Source: Malacoraja senta
Taxonomy: Eukaryota
Length of the DNA stretch: 64,000 nucleotides
Direction of reading: 5' to 3'
Assembly (NCBI GenBank): GCA_038087875.1
Contig: JAXLNO010000033.1
Location: 248,001 to 312,000, forward strand
In this document: in pieces, positions 25,541-37,273 of the stretch
How positions within the stretch are numbered: the stretch's first letter is position 1
Layout: each line of letters begins with the position of its first letter
Translations under genes and position numbers: made by a program
The notes under the pieces: generated by a model
Seen by the model: the letters and a program-made list of their open reading frames with translations, nothing else
Told to the model about the DNA's origin: nothing
Databases searched by the model: none

Positions 25541-26478
25541 TAGAAAACCTCGGGTTGTATGGCAGGGTCAGCTCACTTAGAGTGAGCAACAGAGAACACA
25601 CGGACTCCTAAATTCGATTTGAAAAGGCAGGCTTGTTCAAGCTTGTCGAGGGAGACTGGATGCTAGCGAGAAATATGCGGGCAGCATGGATGAGGCGCTC
25701 GATTCGTCGTCCATTCAGCTATAAAACACTGTGAAAGAAAAGGTAGCCATGATAAGTCACTGAATCCAGCGCGTTATCCGGTCTAATGTTTCAACCCAAC
25801 ATTCGTTGATTGACAGAATTCCAGCCTTTCTACACCTTTTATCAATAAAACATATCTATTTTTACTTTGATATAAAATGACAACAAATCTATCTGAGTCC
25901 TATGATGATTTCGTTTGATTGATTTGGTTTGTCTACATGTTTGTCTACATTCCGTGAAAAGCCTTATGTGCCTGACATCCACTCAAATTACACCACAGAT
26001 GAATATAATCAAGCCATATAAACGTACCACAGAGAGATGGTAGTGGAAAGAAAAACACACCCGACCCCCAAAATATACCATTGTACAGCATTTATAGAAT
26101 TTACAGCATTGTAGTGTTGCAGAGAACATGTCAGATGTCCACAACATCTATTGATCTTAGAACATAAAACAGCTAAGCGCAGGCTCACAATGTTTGTGCT
26201 GAAGATGATACCAAAGTAAACTAATGCCATCTGCTTGCAAGTAATCTATATTTCTCCATTCCCTGCACATCCACATACAAACTCATGCTCATCGACACGA
26301 GCGCACGTCTCCCATAAATAAAGCATTTTATCATGGAGTATATTTCATGAGCGTGCGTGCTAAAATGTTCATGACACAGTGCATCACAATTGTCTTAAAC
26401 TGTGGCAATAAACAACCATCGTCTTTATTGTGTGATAAAGGGAGTGGAACATTCCGATTATTTTGCAAGGCTCGCTAT

Positions 26479-26575
26479 ACCCTCGAGATTTATCTCAGAT
26501 ATAAATAACAGGTAAGCAAGAAAGCAGGAGATCCCCGTTTCTTCAACTAACTGGAAACGTCGCTTCGCTTTGACG
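26479..26575 (+). promoter_or_regulatory. Putative promoter/leader of GPCR gene 2
   Basis: TATAAATA at 26500-26507, CCCTCGAGA at 26480-26488; leader homologous to that of gene 1. Confidence 0.5.
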
Positions 26576-26644
26576 ATGGGATTAGCGGTCAGTTACTCGT
26601 AGAACGCATTTACTATCCAATTCTTGTAATAATTGGTGTTCCTG
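26576..26644 (+). pseudogene. gpr139-like: GPR139-like GPCR gene 2, exon 1 with 1-nt frameshift; no cognate exon 2 recognised
   Basis: ATG GGA TTA GCG GTC, then LVERIYYPILVIIGVP G|GTAAG in a different frame. 69 nt rather than 70; in-frame TAA at 26548 upstream, with no alternative ATG. Confidence 0.75.
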
Positions 26645-26905
26645 GTAAGCCATTTACATAATATTATTATATGTACGCTCAATAACTCGTTATACGTTCG
26701 CCGGCATACATATATAAATGGAGAGAAGGAATGGGTGATGTTTCGGCTGGAGACTCTGAAGAAGGGTCTCGACCCGAAACGTCACCCATTCGTTCTTTCT
26801 CGAGATGCTGCTTACATAGATACATAGAAATTAGGTGCAGGAGTAGGCCATTCGGCCCTTCGAGCCTGCACCGCCATTCAATACGATCATGGCTGATCAT
26901 CCAAC

Positions 26906-29900
26906 TCAGTATCCCGTACCTGCCTTCTCTCCATACCCCCTGATCCCTTTAGCCACAAGGGCCACATCTAATTCCCTCTTAAATATAGCCAATGAACTGG
27001 CCTCAACTACCCTCTGTGGCAGAGAGTTCCAGAGATTCACCACTCTCTGTGTGAAAAAGTTTTTCCTCATCTCGGTCTTAAAGGATTTCCCCCTTATCCT
27101 TAAGCTGTGACCCCTTGTCCTGGACTTCCCCAATATCGGGAACAATCTTCCTGCATCTAGCCTGTCCATCCCCATAAGAATCTTGTACGTTTCTATAAGA
27201 TCCCCTCTCAATCTCCTAAATTCTAGCGAGTATAAGCCAAGTCTATCCAGTCTTTCTTCATATGAAAGTCCTGACATCCCAGGAATCAGTCTGGTGAACC
27301 TTCTCTGCACTCCCTCTATGGCTATAATGTCCTTCCTCAGATTTGGAGACCAAACCTGTACGCAATACTCCAGGTGTGGTCTCACCAAGACCCTGTACAA
27401 CTGCAGTAGAACCTCGCTGCTCCTATACTCAAATCCTCTTGCTATGAAGGCCAACATACCATTCGCTTTCTTCACTGCCTGCTGCACCTGCATGCCTACT
27501 TTCAATGACTGGTGTACCATGACACCCAGGTCTCGCTGCATCTCCCCATTTCCTAATCGGCCACCATTTAGATAATAGTCTGCCTTCCCGTTTTTGCTAC
27601 CAAAGTGGATAACCTCACATTTATCCACATTATACTGCATCTGCCAAACATTTGCCCACTCACCCAGCCTATCCAAGTCACCTTGCAGTCTCCTAGCATC
27701 CTCCTCACAGCTAACACTGCCCCCCAGCTTAGTGTCATCCGCAAACTTGGAGATGTTGCTTTCAATTCCCTCGTCCAGATCATTAATATAAATTGTAAAT
27801 AGCTGGGGTCCCAGCACTGAGCCTTGTGGTACCCCACTAGTCACTGCCTGCCATTGTGAAAAGGACCCGTTTACTCCTACTCTTTGCTTCCTGTTTGCCA
27901 GCCAGTTCTCTATCCACATCAATACTGAACCCCCAATACCGTGTGATTTAAGTTTGTATCCTAATCTCTTATGTGGTACCTTGTCGAAAGCCTTCTGAAA
28001 GTCCAGATACAACACATCCACTGGTTCTCCCCTATCCACTCTACTAGTTACATCCTCGAAAAATTCTATAAGATTCGTCAGACACGATTTACCTTTCGTA
28101 AATCCATGCTGACTTTGTCCAATGATTTCACCACTTTCCAAATGTGCTGCTATCCCATCTTTAATAACTGACTCTAGCAGTTTCCCCACTACCGACGTTA
28201 GACTAACTGGTCTGTAATTCCCCGTTTTCTCTCTCCCTCCCTTCTTAAAAAGTGAGGTTACGTTTGCTACCCTCCAATCCTCAGGAACTACTCCAGAATC
28301 TAAAGAGTTTTGAAAAATTATCACTAATGCATCCACTATTTCTGGAGCTACTTCCTTAAGTACTCTGGGAAGCAGCCTATCTGGCCCTGGTGATTTATCG
28401 GCCTTTAATCCATTCAATTTACCCAACACCACTTCCCGACTAACCTGGATTTCACTCAGTTCCTCCATCTCCTTTGACCCGCGGCCCCCTGCTATTTCCG
28501 GCAGATTATTTATGTCTTCCTTAGTGAAGACGGAACCAAAGTAGTTATTCAATTGGTCTGCCATATCCTTGTTCCCCATGATCAATTCACCTGTTTCTGA
28601 CTGCAAGGGACCTACATTTGATTTAACTAATCTCTTTCTCTTCACATATCTATAAAAACTTTTGCAGTCAGTTTTTATGTTCCCTGCCAGTTTCCTTTCA
28701 TAATCTATTTTCCCTTTCCTAATTAAGCCCTTTGTCCTCCTCTGCTGGTCTCTGAATTTCTCCCAGTCCTCTGGTATGCTGCTTTTTCTGGCTAATTTGT
28801 ACGCATCATCTTTTGCTTTGATACTATCCCTGATTTCCCTTGTTATCCACGGATGCACTACCTTCCTTGATTTATTCTTTTGCCAAACTGGGATGAACAT
28901 TTTTTGTAGTTCATCCATGCAGTCTTTAAATGCCTTCCATTGCATATCCACCGTCAACCCTTTTAGAACTAATTGCCAGTCAATCTTGGCCAATTCACGT
29001 CTCATACCCTCAAAGTTACCTTTCTTTAAGTTCAGAACCGTTGTTTCTGAATTAACAATGTCACTCTCCATCCTAATGAAGAACTCAACCATATTATGAT
29101 CACTCTTGCCCAAGGGGGCACGCACAACAAGTCTGCTAACTAACCCTTCCTCATTACTCAATACCCAGTCTAGAATAGCCTGCTCTCTCGTTGGTTCCTC
29201 TACATGTTGGTTTAGATAACTATCCCTCATACATTCCAAGAAATCCTCTTCCTCAGCACCCCTGCCAATTTGATTCACCCAATCTATATGTAGATTGAAG
29301 TCACCCATTATAACTGATTTGCCTTTGTTGCACGCATTTCTAATTTCCTGTTTGATGCCATCCCCAACTTCACTACTACTGCTAGGTGGCCTGTACACAA
29401 CGCCCACCAGCGTTTTCTGCCCCTTAGTGTTTCGCAGCTCTACCCATACCGATTCCACATCCTCCAAGCTAATGTCCTTCCTTTCCACTGCGTTAATCTC
29501 CTCTCTAACCAGCAACGCCACCCCACCTCCTTTTCCTTTCTCTCTATCCCTCCTGAATATTGAATATCCCTGGATGTTCAGCTCCCAGCCTTGGTCACCT
29601 TGGAGCCATGTCTCCGTGATCCCAACTATATCATAATCATTAATTGCTATCTGCACGTTCAACTCATCCACCTTATTACGAATGCTCCTTGCATTGAGAC
29701 ACAAAGCCTTCAGGCTTGTTTTTACAACGCTCTTACCCCTTATACAATTATGTTGAAAAGTGGCTCTTTTTGATTTTTGCCCTGGATTTGTCTGCCTGCC
29801 ACTTTTACCTTTCACCTTGCTACCTATTGCTTCCGCCCGCATTTTACACCCCTCTGCTTCTCTGCTCACCCATTTAAGAACCCCACCACCTCTTATTCTC

Positions 29901-30205
29901 TGTTTATTATTGTTTTCTTCTTTCCCCCCTACATGTTGGGTCTGAGTGCTTTCCTTCTCTGCCTCCTGCCTCACACACTGTCTAATAGCATTCTCTATTT
30001 GAGTCCCTCCCCCCAACCATTCTAGTTTAAAGTCTCCCCAGTAGCCTTTGCAGGTCTCCCCGCCAGGATATCGGTCCACCTCAGGTTCAAGTGCGACCCA
30101 TCCTTTTTGTACAGGTCGAACCTTCCACAAAAGAAGTCCCAATGATCCAGAAATTTGAATCCCTGCCTTCTGCACCAGTCCTTCAGCCACGCATTTATCC
30201 TCCAC
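26906..30205 (-). CDS. CR1 ORF2: apurinic-like endonuclease + reverse transcriptase (true start probably downstream of the listed ORF start)
   Basis: NARSIRNK, GITETW, YRPP, GDFN, SDH (endonuclease); DFQKAFDKVPH, GVPQGSVLGP, FADD (RT); no stop over 1099 codons. Confidence 0.93.
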   Translation of the reverse strand: MEDKCVAEGLVQKAGIQISGSLGLLLWKVRPVQKGWVALEPEVDRYPGGETCKGYWGDFKLEWLGGGTQIENAIRQCVRQEAEKESTQTQHVGGKEENNNKQRIRGGGVLKWVSREAEGCKMRAEAIGSKVKGKSGRQTNPGQKSKRATFQHNCIRGKSVVKTSLKALCLNARSIRNKVDELNVQIAINDYDIVGITETWLQGDQGWELNIQGYSIFRRDREKGKGGGVALLVREEINAVERKDISLEDVESVWVELRNTKGQKTLVGVVYRPPSSSSEVGDGIKQEIRNACNKGKSVIMGDFNLHIDWVNQIGRGAEEEDFLECMRDSYLNQHVEEPTREQAILDWVLSNEEGLVSRLVVRAPLGKSDHNMVEFFIRMESDIVNSETTVLNLKKGNFEGMRRELAKIDWQLVLKGLTVDMQWKAFKDCMDELQKMFIPVWQKNKSRKVVHPWITREIRDSIKAKDDAYKLARKSSIPEDWEKFRDQQRRTKGLIRKGKIDYERKLAGNIKTDCKSFYRYVKRKRLVKSNVGPLQSETGELIMGNKDMADQLNNYFGSVFTKEDINNLPEIAGGRGSKEMEELSEIQVSREVVLGKLNGLKADKSPGPDRLLPRVLKEVAPEIVDALVIIFQNSLDSGVVPEDWRVANVTSLFKKGGREKTGNYRPVSLTSVVGKLLESVIKDGIAAHLESGEIIGQSQHGFTKGKSCLTNLIEFFEDVTSRVDRGEPVDVLYLDFQKAFDKVPHKRLGYKLKSHGIGGSVLMWIENWLANRKQRVGVNGSFSQWQAVTSGVPQGSVLGPQLFTIYINDLDEGIESNISKFADDTKLGGSVSCEEDARRLQGDLDRLGEWANVWQMQYNVDKCEVIHFGSKNGKADYYLNGGRLGNGEMQRDLGVMVHQSLKVGMQVQQAVKKANGMLAFIARGFEYRSSEVLLQLYRVLVRPHLEYCVQVWSPNLRKDIIAIEGVQRRFTRLIPGMSGLSYEERLDRLGLYSLEFRRLRGDLIETYKILMGMDRLDAGRLFPILGKSRTRGHSLRIRGKSFKTEMRKNFFTQRVVNLWNSLPQRVVEASSLAIFKRELDVALVAKGIRGYGEKAGTGY

Positions 30206-30630
30206 CTCGCTCCATTCCTACTCTCACTGTCGCGTGGTACAGGCAGTAATCCCGAGATTGTTACCTTTGCTGTCCTTCTCTTTAACTCCCCTCCTAACTC
30301 CCTAAATTCTCCTTTCAGGACCTCTTCTCTTTTTTTACCTATGTCATTGGTACCTATATGTATCACGACCTCGGGCTCCTCTCCCTGCCCTTTCAGGATG
30401 TCTTGGACACGTTGGGACACATCACAGACCCTGGCACCAGGGAGGCAAACTACCATCCGGGTCTCCCGACTGCGTCCACAGAATCGCCTGTCTGACCCCC
30501 TAACTATAGAGTCCCCTATTAATATTGCCCTCCTCTTCTTTTCCTTACCCTTCTGAGCAACAGGACCGGTCTCTATACCGGAGGCCCGGCCGCTGTCGCT
30601 ACCCCCAGGTAGGCTGTCCACCCCAACAGT
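30022..30630 (-). CDS. CR1 ORF1 C-terminal SGNH/GDSL esterase-like domain (partial)
   Basis: IGDSIVR, CLPGA, HIGTND, DGSHLN motifs. Confidence 0.85.
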   Translation of the reverse strand, partial: TVGVDSLPGGSDSGRASGIETGPVAQKGKEKKRRAILIGDSIVRGSDRRFCGRSRETRMVVCLPGARVCDVSQRVQDILKGQGEEPEVVIHIGTNDIGKKREEVLKGEFRELGGELKRRTAKVTISGLLPVPRDSESRNGARWRINAWLKDWCRRQGFKFLDHWDFFCGRFDLYKKDGSHLNLRWTDILAGRPAKATGETLN

Positions 30631-31824
30631 GCTCGTCCCGCTGAGGTACTCCAGCATTTTGTGTTTACCTTTGATTTAAACCAGCATCTGCAGTTCTTTC
30701 CTAAACATATGTATATGTTGACATATATTATTTATATATGCCGACATTGATAATTGGCCGCGAATAGATCTGATACTTATCAGACATCTATGGAACTGGT
30801 CAAATAATAACGGCACTGACACAAACAAACAAACAACCAACCTGACATTTTTTTCAGGGAACTCTGCAATTGATACGAATGTTGTATCTGGGTTATATTC
30901 CATGTGATAGAGCAATCCAGCCACATTTGTGTAAACGAATCCTTGCAGAGTCTTCCAAAATGTATATTTGTACTCTAGGCTGCATGTATTCCAAAACTGG
31001 TTCGGTAATTAGAAACCGACCCGTCTGTGATAATTTAATAGTAAGATATTTTATTTGTTAGACAATCAATCCTTTGTTCGTGGCGATAAATATCACAAGG
31101 TATATTTTCTGTTTTTCCATGGTCCGCTTTTTATCACACATTAAGGTTTTTGGCACAGAAAACCTTAAATGACTTTCCATTCCATTTTCAATTGCCAAAC
31201 GTTGCTACTGACACTGGGATACAACTCAGTATCATTCTAACCGAACAACGTTAAGTTCCTGATACCGCGAGTAGAAGAATGCGTTACCTGAATATATTTG
31301 GCTTTTGTATCATGGGAGAAACTTCAACTGGGGTGAACGTAAGAAAATAACAGCTGAACTAGATACAGATAAAGCTTATAATTAAAGTGGAGATTTATTC
31401 ACTCAAAAAGGGATGTATTTTATTCCTTACACAACGTGACGACAGCGCCGAAGGTACATGAAGAGATGTTCTAAGTGGGATGAAATTGAACATAGAACAG
31501 TACAGGACAGGAATGAGCCTTTATGCCCACAATGTTAGTACCATACACGATGCCAAGTTAAACAGGTCTCATCTGCCTATACACAGAACACATCCGACTA
31601 TTCTTTGCACTTCCATATGCCGAACTATAAGCGTCCGAATCACCACTACGGTACCTGCCTCCGCAACCACCGAGGCCGATGTCGTCCAGACCCCCACCAC
31701 TCTCAACGTTAAAAATAAATCCGCAGAACCCACTTAATATTCCCCCTCTCACATTAATGCTACAATCTCGAATTTTGTAGCATGATAATAAAATTCTGAT
31801 TGTCTTCTCGACCGAGGCGCCGAT

Positions 31825-34025
31825 TGCCGGGTGGCGCGGTAAGTGGCAGCCTCGCCAACAGCCTGTCTCGTCCCTTTCTAATGTTGTTGTTTTTAGTCTG
31901 CTTTAATTGTATGTTTTAGTGGATCTTTAGTTTTTGTATTATGGGGGGGGGGGTGGGTGGGAGGGGCGGGGGGGGGAGGATGGGAACTTGTTTTATCTTA
32001 TTCCCTCGACGGAGATGCGACTTTTTCCGTATCGTATTTCCGTACGCACTGCGGCCTTAACATCCTGGAGCTGGCGGTCCCTTTCTTAGGGATCGACTGC
32101 GGGAGCTCCAACCGTCCCGATCGCGGGAGCCTCGATCGCCCCGTTGCGGATGTTTCGATCGCCCGACCGCGGGGGAAAAGGAAGGAGAATGTACAAGTTA
32201 TTTGACTTCATTGCAGTGGGAATGTGAAGTCGCCGAAAAATAAGATGGACGTGCTGCCTGCGCTGGTGGGGTTCCGAGGGAATGCCGTGAGTGCAGTGAT
32301 CTCGGTGTTTGCGGGGACATCGTGCCATGGGGTCATCCGGAGTCTACTATCGAGCGTGGACGGCTTCCTGACTGTTCGGGTACAGCCTGACAGGAAATGA
32401 CTGCGCCCTCGTCCACTACCCACCCCTTCCGTGCTGCACAACATCACTTCTCCATCATCAACAATAAAAATAGATGAGGTGGAGAGGTTGCTCAGAAGAC
32501 AGAAAAGCCGGAAATCTCCAGGACCGGACAGTGTTTCCCCCTATACTCTCAAACACCGTGCCGAACAAAATTAGCACCGATCTACACAAACATTTTCATA
32601 CAGTCCCTGCAAACCTGCCCTGTCCCTGCCTGCTTCAAAGTCTCCACTTTTGTCCGTGTACCCAAAGAGGCAAGGATTAATGGTCTTAATGACTACAGGC
32701 CTGTGGCACTGACATCTGTAGTCACGAAGACCCTTCAAAGGCTTGTGCTGGCCAAGCTGACAAATATCACAAACCTCCTGCTGGACCCTGTGCAGTTTGC
32801 ATATCGGGCCAATAGATCTGTGGATGACGCAGTCGAACTGGGCCTGCACTTCATCCTCCGTCACCTGGACCCCCAGGGGATCTATGTGAGGATTTTGTTT
32901 GTTGATTTTAGCTCTGCATTCAACACCATTGTGCCTGAGCTACTACACTCCAAACTATCCAAGTCGACTGTGCCTGAACCGCTCTGTCGGAGGATCGCTA
33001 CCTTCCTGACAGATAGAAAGCAGCATGTGAGGCTGAGAAAGCACATCTCCGACCCGCAGACCCTCAGCTTTGGAGCACCGCAAAGCTGCGTACTCTCCCT
33101 TCTCCTCTGCTCTCCCTACACCAATGACTGCACCTCCACTGACTCCTGTGTCAAGCTTATCAAGTTTGCGGACTACACAATCCTGATTGGACTGTTTCAG
33201 GATGTGGAGGAATCTGCTTATACACAGGAAGTGACACAGCTGGCGTCCTGGTGCCATCGCAACAACCTGGAGCTCAATGCTCTTAAGAGTGGAATTGATA
33301 GTAGACTTTAGGAAAGCTCCCCTCCCCTCACCCACCATCAACAACACCACAGTCACATCTGTGGAGTCTTTTAAGTTCCTGGGAACCATCATCTCGAAAA
33401 CTTAAGTGGGGGGCTACCATCGACTCCACAGTCAAAAAGTCACAACAGAGGATGTACTTCCTACGGCAGCTGAGGAATCACAATCTGCCACAGGCAACGA
33501 TGGTCCAATTCTATACGGCCATCGTAGAGTCTGCCCTCACCTTCTCCATCATGGTCTGGTTTGGCTCAGCCATCAAGCACGACACCTGGAGGCTGCAGCG
33601 AATCGTCCGATCAGCTGGCAAGGTTATTGGCCGCAACCTTCCCTCCATTGACGGACTGTCAAAGTCCAGGAAGCGAGCGGGTAAGACCATCTCTGACCCC
33701 TCTCACCCTGCTCACAAACTCTATGAATCACTTCCCTCTGGAAGGCGACTCCGGCCAGTCAAAGCTGCCACAGCCAGACATAAAAACATTTTTTTCCACG
33801 AGTAGTAGCTCTACTCAATAGCCAAAAATCTGTAGCCTCCTTTTGCTCTGGTATTTTATTTAATTCACATGTTACATCTATAATGTTTTATTATTAATGT
33901 TTAATGTTTTATGTGTCATTCCTAACTGTCACTGTGTGTCATGTTGTCACTTGTGGGCGACGCACCAAGGAAAATTCCTTGTAGGTGAATACTTGATCAA
34001 TAAACTTATTAATCAAGCAATTAAT
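31825..34025 (+). mobile_element. Internally deleted Rex1/Babar LINE (5'UTR, start of endonuclease, RT, 3'UTR), frameshifted
   Basis: GNVKSPKNKMD...VDGFLTVR at ~32218-32380; QFAYRANRSVDDA, DFSSAFNTI, GAPQSCVLS, KFADY at 32703-33311; RMYFLRQL..VWFG at 33452-33805. Confidence 0.88.
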
Positions 34026-34317
34026 TCATTTTGTGCCACAGCTGTCACGGTGATGGAACCCCCTGACCTTGGATATAGTTTCTTCAGTTGTCTCTGACAC
34101 CAAGTGCAAAATGGTTGGTCCATCTTTTTCTAGGAAGGAACTGCAGATGCTGGTTTATACGGACGATGGACACAAAAAGCTGGAATAACACAACGGGACA
34201 GGCAGCATCTCTGGAGAAAAGGAATAGGTGACGTTTCGGATCGAGACCGTTCTTCAGACTTTTTGAGTGTCGATTCTTATCGAGTTTATCCCTATGCCCT
34301 TTACGTAAGATACCACC

Positions 34318-35040
34318 GGGTGGCGCCCGCCATGGGTGCCTCGCCAACAGTCTGTCTGTCCCTTCCTTCTTTGTTGTGTTTTTAGTACGTGTTAAATATA
34401 TGTTTTAGTGTTCTTATAGCTTGTTTTATGTTCGGGGGGGGGACTTTTTTAAATCTCTTACCTCGACGAAGATGCAATCTTTCCGTATCGTATCTTCGTC
34501 CGCACTGCGACCTAACATCGCGGAGCTGGAGGCCTTTGCTGGAGACCGATTTCGGGACTCCACCGCGGAGCCTGCGGGACTTATCATCGCGGAACTCGCG
34601 ATCCCTGTCGGGGATTGACTTTAGAACGCCACCGCGGGAGCTGCGGACTTTAACGTCGTGTAACTCGCGGTACCTGGTGAGAGACCGATTTCGGGAGCTC
34701 CAAATCGCAGGAGTTTCGACCGTCCCGATGCGGGGGCTTCGACGGCCGCGACGCGGGGGCTTCGACAGCCGCGACGCGCGGGCTTCGTACGCCGTCTGAG
34801 GTGGCTTCGATTGCCCCGACTGCGGATGGTTCGACTTCCCTGACCGCGGGAGAATAAGGAGGAAGAAGATTATAATGTATTGCCTTCCATCACAGTGAGG
34901 AATGTGGGGAATCCGCTGTGATGGATGTTTATGTTAACATTTCTGTAGTTGTGTGGCTTGTTGCTTTGTTTACTATGACTGTGTGGTAATTCGAGTTTCA
35001 CTGTACATGTGACAATAAACTGACCTTTGAACCTTTGAAC
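34318..35040 (+). mobile_element. Non-autonomous Rex1 derivative
   Basis: Shares the 5'UTR with the element at 31825; LPSITVRNV relic (TTGCCTTCCATCACAGTGAGGAATGTG); GACAATAAA + (ACCTTTGA)n tail. Confidence 0.78.
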
Positions 35041-36590
35041 CTATAAGAGGTTGTAACACCTGCCAACCTCCGAGAACAAGCCGCGAATCCAGATGTGTTT
35101 GGAAGATGGGACAAGGCTACAGTTTCCCCTGCTGCCTTGTTCTTTACCTCTGTCCTGCATTTCAAATCACCAGTTGGAATTCAGTACAAACCTGGAGCGT
35201 GCATTGAAGTATATTATTGAAGGGCAAAATCATGAACAAATTAGTATCATAGACCGGAATTTTTCAAGATACATGATTATTTTTCCTGAATTGCACCTTC
35301 ACTGTTAATCCATAATTTGTCAATGCCTCCGCTGTGCTATACCCAACGAAACGGAGGCAGTCACTTCCAATTTAAATATTTCCATGAAATAGAACAAAGA
35401 TATCTTTATAAATGATGTGCAAAACACAGTGCTGGAGAAATTCTCTTTGGAATTCTCTGCCTCCGAGGGAGGTGGAGGCCGGTTCTCTGGATACTTTCAA
35501 GAGAGAGCTGGATAGGGCTCTTAAAGATAGCGTAGTCAGGGGATATGGGGAGAAGGCAGGAACAGGTACTGATTTTGGATGATGAGCCTTGATTACATTG
35601 AATAGTGGTGCTGTCTCGAAGGGCCAAATGGCCTACTCCTGACCTATTGTCTATTGTATGTCTATTGTCTATTGAAACGCAAGGAAATTTGCAACCCGAA
35701 ACGTCGTTTGATATTTATCTCTACGGATGCTGCCTGACCAGTCACGTTCATTCAGCAAAGAAAGATACAAAGTGCTGGAATAATTAATCGGGTTAAATAG
35801 CCTCTCTGGAGAACATGGAGACGTGACATTTCGAGTGGAGAACCATCTTCAGAATGATTGTAAGGGAGGGAGAAGAAAACTAGAAAAGGGGAAAGGCGGA
35901 ACAAAACATGGCAGTCGAAGAGGCGGGGGCTCATGGGCAGATAGTTGGAACAGAGGCCGGAGATAAAAGTAGAAAGATTCACCACCAATAGTCAGAGGTG
36001 GTGAATCTGTGGCGCAGAAGGTTGTGGAGGTCGTTGTGTATATATTTAAGGCAGAGATAGATAGATTCTTGGTTAGTACGGGCGTCAGACGTTATGGGGA
36101 AAAAGCAGAGTTGGGAGCGAGAGATAGATCAGCCATGATTGAATGGCGGAATGGACTTGATGAGCCGTATGGCCAGCTCTGCTCCAATCACATGATCTTA
36201 TGAAAGAGGCAATCTCGATGCACGAGAGAGAAAGGTTGCCGATGTCCCTAACTCTGCGGATATATGACGATACTATACAATACGATACGATGCGATAAAA
36301 TAGAACTGTATTCATCCCCTGAGGGAAATTGGTCTGCCAACAGTCGGAGCACACAACAAGGTACACGAAAACTCGAAATTAAAATTAAATTAAAAGTGAA
36401 AAAGAGAAAAGTGAAAAAAAAGAAAAACAATATTCTTGTCCACAGGTTTCTGCGCGGTCCTCGCACGCGTCTGCAAAAATAGATCCGCAAATCCAGAAAT
36501 ATTTGCCATAACAAGTTCGGGCAGATTACGAAATGCATGTTTCTTATTAAAATTCTCTCCCTTTCTTCATTTAGGCGGAAAAGGTTGCTA

Positions 36591-36746
36591 CTAATTAGGC
36601 CAACGTTGCATGTTTATATTACTCACTAATCCCAATCATTTTACCCTGCTAATGAGTGACTCGATTTCTCCCGGGTATAAACTGCGAACTTTAAAAACGG
36701 GCTATCGCCTGGTAGCACTGAATGGAAAGGCGGTCTCTCTGCTAGC
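36591..36746 (+). promoter_or_regulatory. Putative promoter of GPCR gene 3
   Basis: TATAAA at 36676-36681 preceded by GATTTCTCCCGGG; CTAATTAG at 36591 and TAATGAG at 36650; conserved with 60885-60986. Confidence 0.55.
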
Positions 36747-36816
36747 ATAAACCAGTCGGTAATAGTTCAGCTGGAAAACATTTACTATCCTATCCTTGCC
36801 ATCATCGGCGTTCCTG
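36747..36816 (+). pseudogene. gpr139-like: GPR139-like GPCR gene 3, exon 1 (start codon ATG>ATA)
   Basis: ATA AAC CAG TCG GTA ATA GTT CAG CTG GAA AAC ATT TAC TAT CCT ATC CTT GCC ATC ATC GGC GTT CCT G|GTAAG. The paralogue at 61016 has ATG here; no in-frame upstream ATG before TAA at 36678. Confidence 0.85.
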
Positions 36817-36954
36817 GTAAGCCGCTTATCTGTTAATCTTTCCATGTGTAGGCTGTATTGTTAAGTGGAAGTGTGTTCTTAATTATCTGTTTGATTGAGT
36901 ATTGGCAGCCAAATTCTATCCCACATGTATCGAGCGAAATTATTGTCCATCGTA

Positions 36955-37240
36955 TATAGTTTAGAGAAACAGCGTGGAAACGATCAACGATCAACAAAAC
37001 GGTCAAACGATCACCCGTACATCAGTTCTGTCCTAGATATTAGGGACAATTTACAGAAGCCAATTAACCTACATACTCCCAAGTCTTTGGAAAGTGGGAA
37101 GTACCCGGAGTACCCGGAGAAAACCATCGTGGTCACATGGAGAACGTACAAACTCCGTCCAGACATATCTCGTAGTTGGGATCGAACTCGGGTCACCAGC
37201 ATGGTAAGGCAGCTACCTTACCGCTGATCCACCGTGCAGC
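36955..37240 (-). mobile_element. V-SINE (HE1-like)
   Basis: Matches the SINE consensus seen throughout the window. Confidence 0.75.
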
Positions 37241-37273
37241 CCCGGTACATTGATAGGGAACTACAATAAACTG

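Larger units (their letters stand above)
26813..30630 (-). mobile_element. Young CR1-clade LINE (HER1-like), 5'-truncated inside ORF1
   Basis: Intact ORF2 plus partial ORF1; (TATGTATC)n tail; splits a Penelope-type terminal repeat (GAGATGCTGC | CGTCCCGCTGAGGTACTCCAGC). Confidence 0.95.

Noticed and set aside
26509..26516. CAG|GTAAG splice donor for a non-coding exon
   Set aside because: Lies immediately after the putative TATA box, upstream of any plausible transcription start; unsupported.
30850..31300. Possible exon 2 for gene 2 after TTTTTTTCAG
   Set aside because: Only a faint TCCAAAATGTAT resemblance; no transmembrane pattern or DRF motif could be reconstructed by eye.
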